In this document: positions 43,161 to 55,400 of the stretch, in pieces
Numbering within the stretch: position 1 is the first letter of the stretch
Layout: every line of letters starts with the position of its first letter
DNA from: Monocercomonoides exilis PA203
Taxonomy: Eukaryota; Protista; Preaxostyla
NCBI GenBank assembly: GCA_001643675.2
Contig: LSRY02000006.1
Location: 1,426,001 to 1,490,000, forward strand
Reading direction: 5' to 3'
Length of the DNA: 64,000 nt
Notes under the pieces: generated by a model
Databases searched by the model: none
Told to the model about the DNA's origin: nothing
The model's input: only the letters and a program-made list of their open reading frames with translations
Made by a program: the position numbers and the translations under genes

Positions 43161-45772
43161 ATGTCTATTGAAAAAGATGAACCAAAAGAAAAAGTTGTTT
43201 CATTTAAAATAAATGGCGGAGAAGTGGGTGCTGCTTCTTTTTTGGCACCAAAGATCGGTTTACTGGGATTGGTATGGATTATTTATTAATTATTGGTTTT
43301 ATTTTTTGCTCGCAAATTTTTAGAATTTTAAAAAGATAGGTGAAGATATTGCAAAAGCAACGCTTCCCTGGAAGGGTACACGAGTTACAGTTAATTTGAC
43401 GATTAGAGATAGAATAGTTGAGGTTTCTGTTGTTCCACCGGTTCAAGCTGTTTCTCCTCAAGATTTTGTTCGTAAATCGACTGCTGATATTTCAGTGAAG
43501 CAAGAAGCATCAAGTGATGATTTAGATTTCGACATGTTTAATTTAGACGCACCGGTTAGAACTTTTTTTTGGTTTCTTTTCAAAATTTTATAAATGATCT
43601 TTTTTTCATTTTAGGTTGACTTCAAGCCACAACTTCCTCAAAATTCGTCGCACGCACTTTCACTTCATAATCCATCTCCGTATCAATCAACCACGATTGA
43701 TGTTTGCGATGATGCTGACGGATATTATCTTTATAGAATTGGAGAAATTATAAATCATTATCAAGTTACAAAAATCCATGGGAAAGGGTCTTTTGGCATT
43801 GTGCTGCAAGCTCGAGATCTAAGGTCAAACGTTGATAACGAATATGTTGCAATAAAAATGGCAAAGAACAATGACATGATGTTTGTATTTATTTTTCACT
43901 AATGTATTTAATATTCAAAAAAACAATAATGAAAATTTTATAAATTATTTTTAATGATTATATAATTAATTATGTTTATAAACGATACTCAGGATACAAG
44001 TTGGCCTTCAAGAGGTGGCTGTTCTCCAAAAAGTTGGCGTTGGTGGCGGCTCAGACAGAAAAACAAGAATAGTACGTTTTATTGAGCATTTCTATCATAG
44101 AAATCATTTGTGTATCGTACTAGAAGACCTGTCGCTGACGCTTCGAGAGGTTTTGAGGCGTATGGGAGGCGACCGCGGGCTGTCGATAGCATCAGTGAGG
44201 GAGTACATACGTTGCTTGGCATTGGCCCTTTCACACACACATAGCAAGGGCTTTATACACGGCGATGTGAAGCCTGATAACATATTGACACGGCCAGCGA
44301 AAAGAAGTCAGACTCCGTTTCATTCAGTTCAAAGTGCTCAATCTTCTTCTTCTGTTTATTCAGCCACAAACCCAGGATTGACACAAGTGGAGTCAGGAAC
44401 TGAGATCTCGCTGTCTGCGTGTCTGTGTGATTTTGGCTCAGCTGTCTCTATCACAAAGGGGGCAGAGATCCGAGCGCCGTACCAGGCGTCTCGCTACTAT
44501 CGGTGTGTGGAAGCGATGCTGGGCTGTGTGATGACACAAAAGGCAGACATCTGGGCGATGGGGTGTGTGGCGTTTGAGCTGGCGACTGGGCGGGTTTTGT
44601 TTCCCGGGAAGACAAACAACGAGATGCTGAAGCTGATTCAGGAGGCGAAAGGGGTGCTGCCGAACAAGCTGAGGAGCGAAGGCGATGAGCAGCAGGTGAA
44701 CAGGCACTTTGACGAAACAGGGAAGTTCCTTGAGCATATCTTCGATCCCGTCACGCAGGCCAAGACCACAAAGACGATTGTCTATTCGCACCCGACGCTG
44801 CCAATCCGCAAGATGCTGTTTGATACCGTGTATCCTTCTCTTCTCTCTGCATCGTCTGGCGCGAGCGCCTCCGGCACAGCCAGCGCACCTACAAGAGAAG
44901 ACGAGCTGCTGCTGAGCGACCTGGCGTCGTTCATCGACGGCTGCCTGACGCTCAACCCGCACAAACGCATGACTGCAGAAGAGGCAGTGCACCACCCGTT
45001 TTTGAGCCAAAGCACAGCACAGCAGACGACTCAGCAGAAGACAGCGAAAAAGACGGCTTCTGGAACAGCATCTGCCTCTGCCTCTGCCTCTCGTCGTTCG
45101 TCCACTTCTTCATCTTCGACTTCAACTTCAACTTCAAATTCAAAAATGTCACCTTCACCGTCTCCTTCTCCTGCACCTACTCCTTCGTTTGTTCTCCCGC
45201 CTTATTCTTCGCCTTCTTCTTCATCTTCTGCTCCGCTTGCATCTTCCTCATTCTCTTCATCTTCAGCTCCTCAGAAAGGCAAAGGCAAAAGTGCATCGGG
45301 TTCTTCACAGAAGAAGGAAAGGGTGGTTGGGGCAGGGCTGCTGGACTACCTGGCCAAGCATCAGTCTGCGCTTGGCCCTTCGATATTTCCTTCTCCTTCG
45401 TCTTCTCCTTCTCCGTCTCCTTCTTCTTCATATTCGCCAGTTCCTTCTCAATCGCCTCAGTCTGTACTGTCGTCGCTTAGCCAACCTTCCGCTTCATTGA
45501 GCTCTTCGTCATACATTTTCGCTCCGCATTCATCTGCCTCTTCTTCTGTCATTTCGTCACTTCCGTTCACATTTCAGCATCCTTTCACTTCTTCCTCATC
45601 TTTTCCACCTTCTTCATACACCTCTTCAACTTCGTCTTTTACGGCTCAATCTTCTGCTTCTACTAACTCTTCCAGCCCTTCAGCATCTGTTTCACAGAAA
45701 GATGTCAAATCCGCAATCGCGGCGGCTATTGCTCGCGCACAGGCATTGAAGGCAGCTCAACAAAAAAAGTAA
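43161..45772 (+). CDS. PRP4 (PRPF4B)-family CMGC kinase with an N-terminal uL11/RPL12 N-terminal domain, 4 exons (43161-43271, 43324-43554, 43615-43880, 43993-45772)
   Basis: Exons 1-2 encode GGEVGAASFLAPKIGLLGL|NFKKIGEDIAKATLPWKGTRVTVNLTIRDRIVEVSVVP. Kinase part: DDADGYY..IGE, GKGSFG, VAIKMAKNNDMM, HFYHRNHLC, LREVL, HGDVKPDN, DFG, LFPGKTNNEML. Confidence 0.88.
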
Positions 45773-45998
45773 TCTTATAATTTGTTGAAATATTAAAAAG
45801 AAAAAAAAATGTTTTTTTTTTTTTTAACAATAATACAAAATAGAAAGTTTTATTTAATATGAAGTATGCTGTCTATATTTGCTTGTATTGTTGCAACCCT
45901 GATAAGAAGAGTATTAAATTTTTTAATCTTCACATCGAAAATTTTGTTCATTTATCATTATTACATCTTATGGTACAGGGAAATAAAGAATTGTGAGA

Positions 45999-47784
45999 AT
46001 GTCCCTTCCTCACAATCATGATCATAACCACACAAATGATTCACATGCACACAGTAAGGGTGAATCTGGGCACGAAGTAGACGAACATGAAAAAAAGCGA
46101 GTGCCTTGGTAATATTTATTTATCCTTTTTTCGTCCTTATTCTGCTTTTTTCCTGATAATACGCTAAATTCAGGTATAAGGATGGGACATCCCTTCGCGT
46201 TTTAGCAGTTATTTTTTTAACAGGAATTTTCTTTTTGGTTGAATTGGTTGTTGGCATTATTACTCATTCAGTTGCCCTGTTATCGGATGCAGTTCATATG
46301 CTTTCTGATTTACTTTCGCAAATAATTGGATTTGCATTTGTTCAAGTTTGTTATCTTTGAAATTTCTTTTAAAGATTTCCACATCTTAGATATCATATAA
46401 AGATAAATCAAATAAAATGAGCTATGGATGGGCAAGATCAGAGGTTCTTGGGGGCTTAATTAACTCATCGCTGCTTATCATGATGGCAGGTCTAATATTG
46501 ATGGAAGCACTTCATAGATTTTTTGGAGATCCCGAAGTTAAGAATGTTGTGCTTTTGATGATTGTTGCAGCTTTGGGTCTTGTTGTGAACATCCTTGGCA
46601 TAGCAATAATGTCTTGTGGTGGAGAAGATGCTCATGCTCACCACCACCATCATCATGGACATAGTCATGGACATAGTCATACACACAGTCACGAAGAAGA
46701 AGAAGAGCATTCTCATTCACATGAGCACGATCATAATCATGATCATAATGCAGACAGTTCACCTGAAAATAGCGCTCAAGAACCATCTGCATCGTCCGCT
46801 GAAATGCCAATATCTGAACCACATTTTGAATCAGAAGCTCGTGCTGCACCAAAGAAAAAGAAAAAAATGGTTTGAAAGTCTAAAGCAATTAAGATAATTA
46901 ATTTACTTTTGCTACAGAACATGAACATCCAAGGAATGTTCTTGCATTTAATTGGAGATGCACTTGGATCAGTTGGAGTTTTGATAAGTGCGGCCATCAT
47001 TCAATGGGGAACATTTAGTTGGAGGTTTTATTTTGATCCTATCTGTTCGCTGCTTGTTTGTTTCCTCATCCTTCGTGGAGCAATTCCACTTGTCATTGAG
47101 ACTACTCGCATCCTTCTGTTGGCTACACCTTCTCATATTGATCAGTCGAAATTATTGAAGTCCATTAAATCTGTCTGCAATTTACCATTGTTTTTTTTCA
47201 ATTTTTTATTTTTATTTTTATTTTATTTTTATTTTATTTTTTCGATATAATGTTTACGTATATAGTGTCCTGGTGTTGCAGCTGTTCATAACTTGCACAT
47301 TTGGGAAATTATAAGCGGTAAAAATGTTGCATCTCTTCACCTTGTTGTGAAGTCTGGCTATGACTTTGTTACACTTGTTGGTTTGCTTTAATGCTTATTG
47401 AATTTAACTTTTAATTCTTTTTTTGTTTTGCATGTACTTTTTGTTAAATTTTTATCTTCTTTTTTTTTTAACGTGGGCTTAGTTAAAGTGAAGGAAATTC
47501 TACATAGATACGAAATACATTACAGCACTATACAACCCGAGTTTGAGCAGGAGGATGTGTGCTTTAATCAATTATCGATCGTTAAATATAAATGAGATTT
47601 TTTTTTTAAACATGAAAAATGAAATACAAAATTTTAGATCAACTGTGTTGTTTCATGCTCATCGAGAAATTGCAGCGAAGCAGATGACAGTTACTCTAAA
47701 GAAAAAGAAGAAAGTGTCATCCGCAAAAGAAATAGAAAGGCTCAAGAGAGAGAAATTGAAATGACATCAAAAGAGAGAGAATAG
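45999..47784 (+). CDS. Cation diffusion facilitator zinc transporter (ZnT1/COT1-like), 7 exons
   Basis: SVALLSDAVHMLSD; MSYGWARSEVLGGLIN; His-rich loop; NMNIQGMFLHLIGDALGSVGV; VHNLHIW; IHYSTIQPE. Confidence 0.93.
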
Positions 47785-48048
47785 ATAACATCATTCCACT
47801 TTTTATTTATCTGTTGACTATTTCCAATTTATCCCCCCTTTGTTTTTTACTCTTTTTCCTTTTCTTTCTTTTTGAGAAATTAATTCTTTAGTTAGATTAC
47901 AACACTTTCATAAACTTCTTCATTTCAATCAGAATAAAAATTATGAGTAATTATTCACTTTTCTTTAACAAATGATGAGCACTTATGATGAGAGATAACC
48001 ATCTTTTTAATTTCAAATTAAAAAATGTTTTTTGCAACAAAACAAATT

Positions 48049-49458
48049 GCATTTTCTTCTTTTGTGTGACTTTCAAAAACGCAAACACGATCCAAAAGAA
48101 GCACATAAAAAAACTTTCAGAACAAAGCAATCAAGCTGATTTAAAAAAAGAAATAACGAAAAACCCCTGCCTCTTCTCTCCTCCTCCTCCTCCTCCTCCT
48201 CCTCCTCCTCTTGCTCCAATCACCACCCACAAATCTCTCCCATTTGCACTCTCAGAAGGATTATCCCTCCAATTGACAAATCAAAAACCCACATTGCAGA
48301 CAAGACACACAGTCACAATAAACAGCGCTTCTAACAGCTTTCCTTGCACCCACACTGCAGACCTTCATTCATGCATTTCTCCCTGCCTCATCATCACAGC
48401 CTCAATTCCTCTCTTTCCTCTCTTTCCTCTCTCGCCCTTTTCCTCTCTCGCTCTTTTCATCCTCCATTTCTCCAGCCATCGCAATATTCACGATTCGCTC
48501 TCCTCCCAATTCCCTCAACTCACCCAGCTCCACCCATCATCTCGGCTTCCCCTTTCTCCTGACTCTTCCTGCTCCTCATCCTCAACATCGATCGCATCCG
48601 ACACAGTCATCACCACAGCCCCGCTCGGGAAACGCTGGATGAACTCTCGCTTCACAACAACAAGGCTCGGCCGGCTCTCCACTGCGCTGCTCCAGCACGC
48701 CACAACCACCCTCCCCAGCCCACACTCCTGCACCTCCCCAGCCTCTGGCCGTTCCTGCCCCCGCATCTTCTCAAACGCCGCCTCCCCACAATACTCAAAA
48801 AACGGAATCTCCAGCCGCAGGCACTCCCACAGCATCACCCCGATCGTGAACACAACCGACGCCTTCGTTGCGCCCACATTCCTCCCTGCCCCCAGCTCTG
48901 GCGCCCTCCACCGCAGACACTCCTTCCCCATGTCCAGCTCCTCCTCAAAAGCCGATGACGGTGGCGGCAATTTGGTGAACCGCTCACTCTTCACAGAAGC
49001 CTCAGAGGAAGATGTGACAATCGTGGAGGTCGAAGAGATGGATGACGAATCAGAAGACGAGTCATCAGAAGACGAGCAGTCTGAGTGGAGCGCAATGCAG
49101 ATCACCATGTGCTCTGAGAACAGCACAATGTGCGGGCTCAGACTGTCAAGCGATTGCAGTGGATTCTCCATCTCGTCAAACGAGTGCAGCGCCACATTTG
49201 CCACCCAGAACAGGATCTGGGCTGCTGTTTGCTCCCTCTCCTCCAAAGAGCCAATCGCCATCTCTTTCTTCTCGTTCCTTCCATGAAGCATCATGAACAG
49301 CGAGTCTCGCAGGTCAACAATCAGCTTCTCATGAGGAGACGAGCATGCCATTGCATCCACCAAGTTCGACATTGAAGAGGTTGTGGGGCACAAATCCTCC
49401 CCTCGAATAAATGTTGTGTCTGTATCTGAAGTATCTGTTGTTGAAGTGGAAGAGATAG
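48049..49458. repeat. Direct repeat copy B (see 3010-4410)
   Basis: Near-identical to copy A, including the non-coding 3' flank and (CCT)10. Confidence 0.95.
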
Positions 49459-52400
49459 ATGGTGATGGTGTTCTCTTTCTCGAAATATCGTCTTCTTCTT
49501 TCTCCAATGCCCATTCTGGAATCTTGTCTGAGTCTCTTCCAAGAATGTATTCAGTCGATCCACATTCACTCAACAAATGCTCTGAAGACTCAGAATGTTC
49601 CATATTCGTGTCATATATTCTCTTCTTCATCCTCTCATCGTTCTTCTTCTCTGCCTCTCTCTCTGCTCTCCTCCACTGCTTTTCAGGCGACATCTCCATC
49701 GTCACCATCTCAACTGCCTTCGGATCTTTTCTGATGTTATCATTCACAATCTCTCTCAATTCTTTGTTTTCATTCTTTGCCTTCCTCCATCGAACAATAA
49801 ATATGATCAATGTTATTAGAAGAATTGCCACAATCACAACGCAAACAATCAATAACCAATAAGATTTTCCTTCTTTCCTTCCTTCAACAATCCTTTCATC
49901 TCCTTTTCCAACACTTTCACTCCTGTTCTTCAGAATGAAAGAAACAGTCGATGAAGGAGAATCAATCTTTCCAAACAATATACAAGCACTCACTTCCACC
50001 TCATCTCCTGCGTTCTCTGTTGTTTCTTTTGGAATCATTCCATTCACTTCATTTATTGACAAATACCCTTCTTCGTGGAATCCATATCTTTCCACTGCCT
50101 CCTCTTCTCCCATCCGTTTCACAATCTTCAATGATATGTTGCAAGGAAGAAGCAGCTTCCCTTTGAACATCAGAAGCAGTTCTGCTCCAATATCTTCCAT
50201 CTCTATCCTTTCCAACTCTGGAATGAAGAATGATGATGCTCTCTCAGAAACAATCCCACCCAATTCGCATCCACCATTCAGAATCCACATTGATGAATTA
50301 TCCTTCAGTCCATCCCCTCCCTTCAAGCTCACAACATCCACCACCCCCGAATCCTTGCACAGCACGTTCCTCCGAAATGATGGATACTTTTCAAACCCAG
50401 GATCGTTCCCCACAAACTCTCCCTTTTCAATCTCAACTTTCCCTCCAGATACCCCCACCCCTCCTTCACTCGAGTTCGCAACCGTTGTCTCTCTCATCGT
50501 TGCATTGCTGTTTTCTATGCTGATCAATGATCCGTTCCACACGCAAATTTCTTGAGCATCGTTTGCTTGCAAATTCTCATTCCTCAGCTTCCCTTCAAAA
50601 TTGCATGAATCTGAAATAACATCTTTGCAATTTTTCATTATGAAAATGCTTCCTTTTTCACTACATAAAAAGCTACCACTAATTGAACAATTCAATAAAG
50701 ACACTTTATTTGAAAAGTCAATAGCTACTATTCCAGAAACTGTATTGGGAAAGGCGCTGACGTTTGAAAAGGTTGATGCAAATATCGTCAAATCTGTTTT
50801 CTCAAAATTCTCAGCAATTTCAAAAGAAGGAGAAAAAGCATTTATCACAAAGCAACTTTTCAAATTCACATTTTTCAAATCAAATTTTCGAATTTGAAAA
50901 CCAGTATTACAAGATGAAATCATGTCGTTTTGGATTGACACATTATCAATTGTCATTTCTTTGATGTCCACTGAACCTCCAGCAAAATCCATCAAATGCG
51001 AAGAAGAAATATTGCAGATTAATAAAATATCCATTTTGCATTTGCAATTTTGTTGTTGAATTAGTGTTGGAGTTTGTGCATAGACATCAGTTTCTATTGA
51101 CTGAAAAGAGCATTCGGTCAATAATAGAATTCCTTCTTTTATCATTATTGTATTTTTATGTAACGTTGGAAAGATCTCTTGGAACAAAAATTGTATGAAC
51201 TCAATAGATACAGTTCCTTCGCATGTGATGATTGAAGTTTTTTGTTCTTCAATTGTTGATAAAAACTTAAGAGATGCTTTTTCTCTTTTTCTTGATTTAA
51301 GTTCCATATCTCTTAACTCGACTTCTTTTCCAAGAACAGTTTTCTCATCAACAAGTAATCTACATTCAAAATCCGGAAAAATATGACGCAATCCATATTC
51401 AACACTAAAGCAAGGCTCCTCATAAGATCCGCATTGTCTGAAATCATTGCCTGGACGTGCAGTAGATCCTCTAACAATAATCGTTGATGACTGAAAAATA
51501 GTGATAAATTTCATTAAATCTGTATCTGATCGATGTTCTGTTGCATCAATCCCACTAAAAAGATGTTCTTGATTCATTCCTTCAAATTGAAATTGGAACT
51601 GAGTTTCGCTTATTTGAGTTTCTATGGAATAACACTGAACGTATACATTTCTACCAAACATTGCCAAGTTTCCATCAAAGATTTCTTTTGCAAACAAAAA
51701 GTTCAATTCACTTTTCAACTCCGAGTACAAATACAGACCTCCTCCTCTTCCAGTTGTGATATCGCAGCTGCATTGAATTATTGAACAATTGTGGAAATGC
51801 ATGAATCCATCTTCAATCAATTTCACTTTTGTCATTCCACCTTTTAATGAAGAAGTTGACTGACACAATGAAAAACTTGTTTTGTTAACAATCAACTCAG
51901 TCGCAAAAAAATCTGATACATCTTGCTCAATAATTGATCCTCCTTCGCTCTCTCGGCTTACTGATTGAAAATTGCTTTCTGTCATTTCAAACAGAAATAT
52001 CGAATTCTTTTCTAGTTCTTTTGAATATCTTTTCCATTGAATTATACATCCTTCTATTATCTTTATTGACTGAAGGACAAAAGTTTATATTTTCGCTTCA
52101 GCTTCACCAATGAAAAGCATAGAGCGTTTTAATTTTACATCTTTCACAGATATTCGTTTCATTTCTATTTGCCCCTTCTCAACTTCCACTAATGAGTAAT
52201 CATTCTCTTCAGCTTCTGTTCCCTTAGTTTCAAATGATAGATCAGAAATTACAAGTTTTCCATCCTTGTTGATAATGATTGAACGTATTTCATTTGTGAA
52301 TTTTTCTGAAACAATAATATTCAACCATTCCAAATGCAACAATTGACTGTTCCATATATATGGATTTCTAGCATTTCCACCTTCGTTAAAAAATGTTAAA

Positions 52401-55400
52401 ATAGCCCTACCTTGTTCTTCAAAATCAACTGACGTTGAGGCAATCACAAAATTGTTAAGGTTATATTCATCCTGCACAGTCACTGCATCTCTTATCAAAA
52501 TCTTTGGAGAGTTGAACGAAGCATTTATATGTTTCCTTCCTTCCCAAAATGTTTTGCAGGGGTAAACATCTGTTCCACATCCAGATATATCAAATCCCTC
52601 ATTAGATATAAATATTTTCTCCCCTTTATATGATACCAAAAACAAAAACAAATTTACGTTTGACTGTTCATTATCAGATCCTACGCACGCATTGTTATCT
52701 CCTAATAGTTCATCGTACTCAAACGAAAATGAATCATTTGTTACGCTTTTGTTTAAATCAGCACAAATAATATACAGTTGCTTTCCAATTGACGCATAAT
52801 TTGATTGAGTCAATTCTATGTCATGAAAGAAAAAATAATTATCGTAACACGATAATCCCGCATCCATATATAGAAATCCACCCATCCCCATTTCACCAAC
52901 ACATTTTCCTTCCGAACACTTTCCATTGGTTATTATCAATTCATTTAAATTATTCAAATAAACTTTTAATACACCGCCATCACTTCCATCTGAACTGATA
53001 TCATCGAAAGAACAATTTTCAAGTGTTATGGATGATTGATCGAACTGAAATGGGCAATTATTAAAATGCATGTGTGAAATTTCGCATAATTCAAGTGAGA
53101 CCCTCCCTTCAAGTGAAGAAATTATATCATAATCAAAGTTCTCATTCAATGGATTGTCACACAAGAACGTGCAACACTTTATTTGCAAGTCTGAATTCTC
53201 ACTTGACATTTGTATTAAATGGTCAATTTGTGGCATGAATGAAGGAGGGGTTAATAATTCTAAAGAAATTATTAGAAATGATGACTTGCTCATCAAAATA
53301 GCATTAAATTTTCTTTCATTTATATCTTTCATAAATATCAATCAACGTGACTGATTTATATCTGTTGATTCGATTGAACAATTTGAAGCATCAAATGTAT
53401 CACTAATTGCAGAAAAATCACAAATTTTTATTATTTTCTTTCCTTCTTCGTTAATGCAGTTTTGATAACCAGTCCAAAAAGATTTGCATTCCAAGGATAA
53501 CTCTCCACATCCATTAATATCCATTCCATTTGAGCTTAGATAAATGGTATTGCCTTTGTATTTCACTAAAAACAATAATAGATTGATGTCTTTGTCTTTT
53601 GTCAAAACATCGTCTCTGCCTTTCATATCCACAATTTCATATCCAAAAGAGTCTGTGAGTGCAAGAGTAAATCTTGAATTTTTAATGCTTTCATTCAACT
53701 CTTTACATTCCACATAAACATCTTTTCCTATAGCAGCAAAATTTCTGAAAAACTCCGTACCATATGAAAATTTGAACTGATTTGTGCAATCATTCAATAA
53801 TTTCATCCAAACACCCCCTCCTCTTCCTTCTGTTGCAAATGATGAACATTCCTCTATTTTGCAATTGCCAATTGAGAATTTTTCATCTTCTCCAATTACA
53901 CAATTCAAAAAACCTCCATTTGAAGACATAGATTCACACTTACAAAACTTGCAACCATTGTTGAATTCAATATTTTTGCAATTCTTCCATTCAAGTACAC
54001 TTCCTTCACTAACTTCACATTCTGTAATTGTGCTTTTGTTAACCATCAAACTACCTCCATCAATTCCCCCAAGAATTCCATTAATAGAGCTGCATCCATC
54101 AATCTCACACGAAACAATTACAAGTTCGCCTCCACTAGCTTTTACAAGACCAGATGTTGCTCCAAATACTTGATTATAAATCTTTAAGGAATCAAAATGA
54201 CAGATGCCATTCTGAATATAAACAATTCTGGATTTTAACTCTAGGTTCGAATTTTTATTATTTTCCATGGAGCATTCATCAATAGTCAACATTCCTTCGC
54301 TTAATAATATGAATTCTTCGTAAGAATAAGTTGTTGGGAAAATAATATTAAGGCTCGCCAAAATCAAGGTGTTCATAGGAGCAGAAGATAACAGTAGTAA
54401 ATGCCCTTTCTCTGTTATGCTCATATCAGACTTGTCATTTTTCCCTCTAATTGTGAGTGGTTTTGTTGATTGGACAATTTCCCCATCAAGATCCGCAATG
54501 TTTGCAATATGAAGAATATACTGTGTTTCAATCATTTTTTTAAAACTAAATGAAAGCTCTTTGCAAAATTTTGTATCATTATATGCCCCGCATTCAAAGC
54601 TGAAATCCCCACTTGTATCAACAAATAAAACAACTTTGTCTCCTGGAAATAAGAACTTTTTCATAGTTTCACCTTCTCCACCATTATCCGAATCTAATAC
54701 CCAAAATTCATCTTCGACAATTGTTTCCTCTGTTGTTGTTTCCTTCCAAAAATTCAACTGAATCATTTTCAGAGGATCAGGGCACACAACATATGCATTT
54801 GCTCCTTTGAATGCTCTGTTTTCTTTAAATACAACAGATCTTATTGAATATGCTGCTTCTTCACTTTGAAAAATCAAATACATACCTCCTCCTAATCCGT
54901 AAATATCTGAAACCATGCAGTTCTTAACAAAACCTGAATCAAATTTGAAGCAGCCATTTTCTTTTATTTTGCAATAAACGCTTCCTCCAAGTGCTCCTTC
55001 TTCAAGGCTGTTATCTTCCATGCTGCAGTTATTAAACTCAACAGCATGAGAACTTCCAACATTACCAATAAATACACTTCCGTTTCGACTTTCACGTGAA
55101 CAATTTTTGAAAGTGCAATTTCTTGCATAAATCGATGATGAACTATCAACCATAATAATTGAAGAATTCTTCTCAATTGAATTTATAATTGATGAATTAT
55201 CAACTCTCATAGAAGAGCATTGCCTGAGTACTATAAAACCGTTAGAGGATCCAGAATTTACACTTATCATTGAAAGGTTAGCAACTTCTCCACTAACTTC
55301 GTATTTGTCACCGTTCATTTCAATAACTCCACAAGAAAAAAATGTAATTCCTTTGATATTAATGTTTTTACAGATTAACACACCTGAAATCATGGTGAGA

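Noticed and set aside
52085-53344. Stop-codon reassignment (TAA=Gln as in some oxymonads) or selenocysteine TGA explaining the in-frame stops
   Set aside because: TAA, TAG and TGA all terminate conserved genes here, other long ORFs have no internal stops, and the gene also carries a frameshift.
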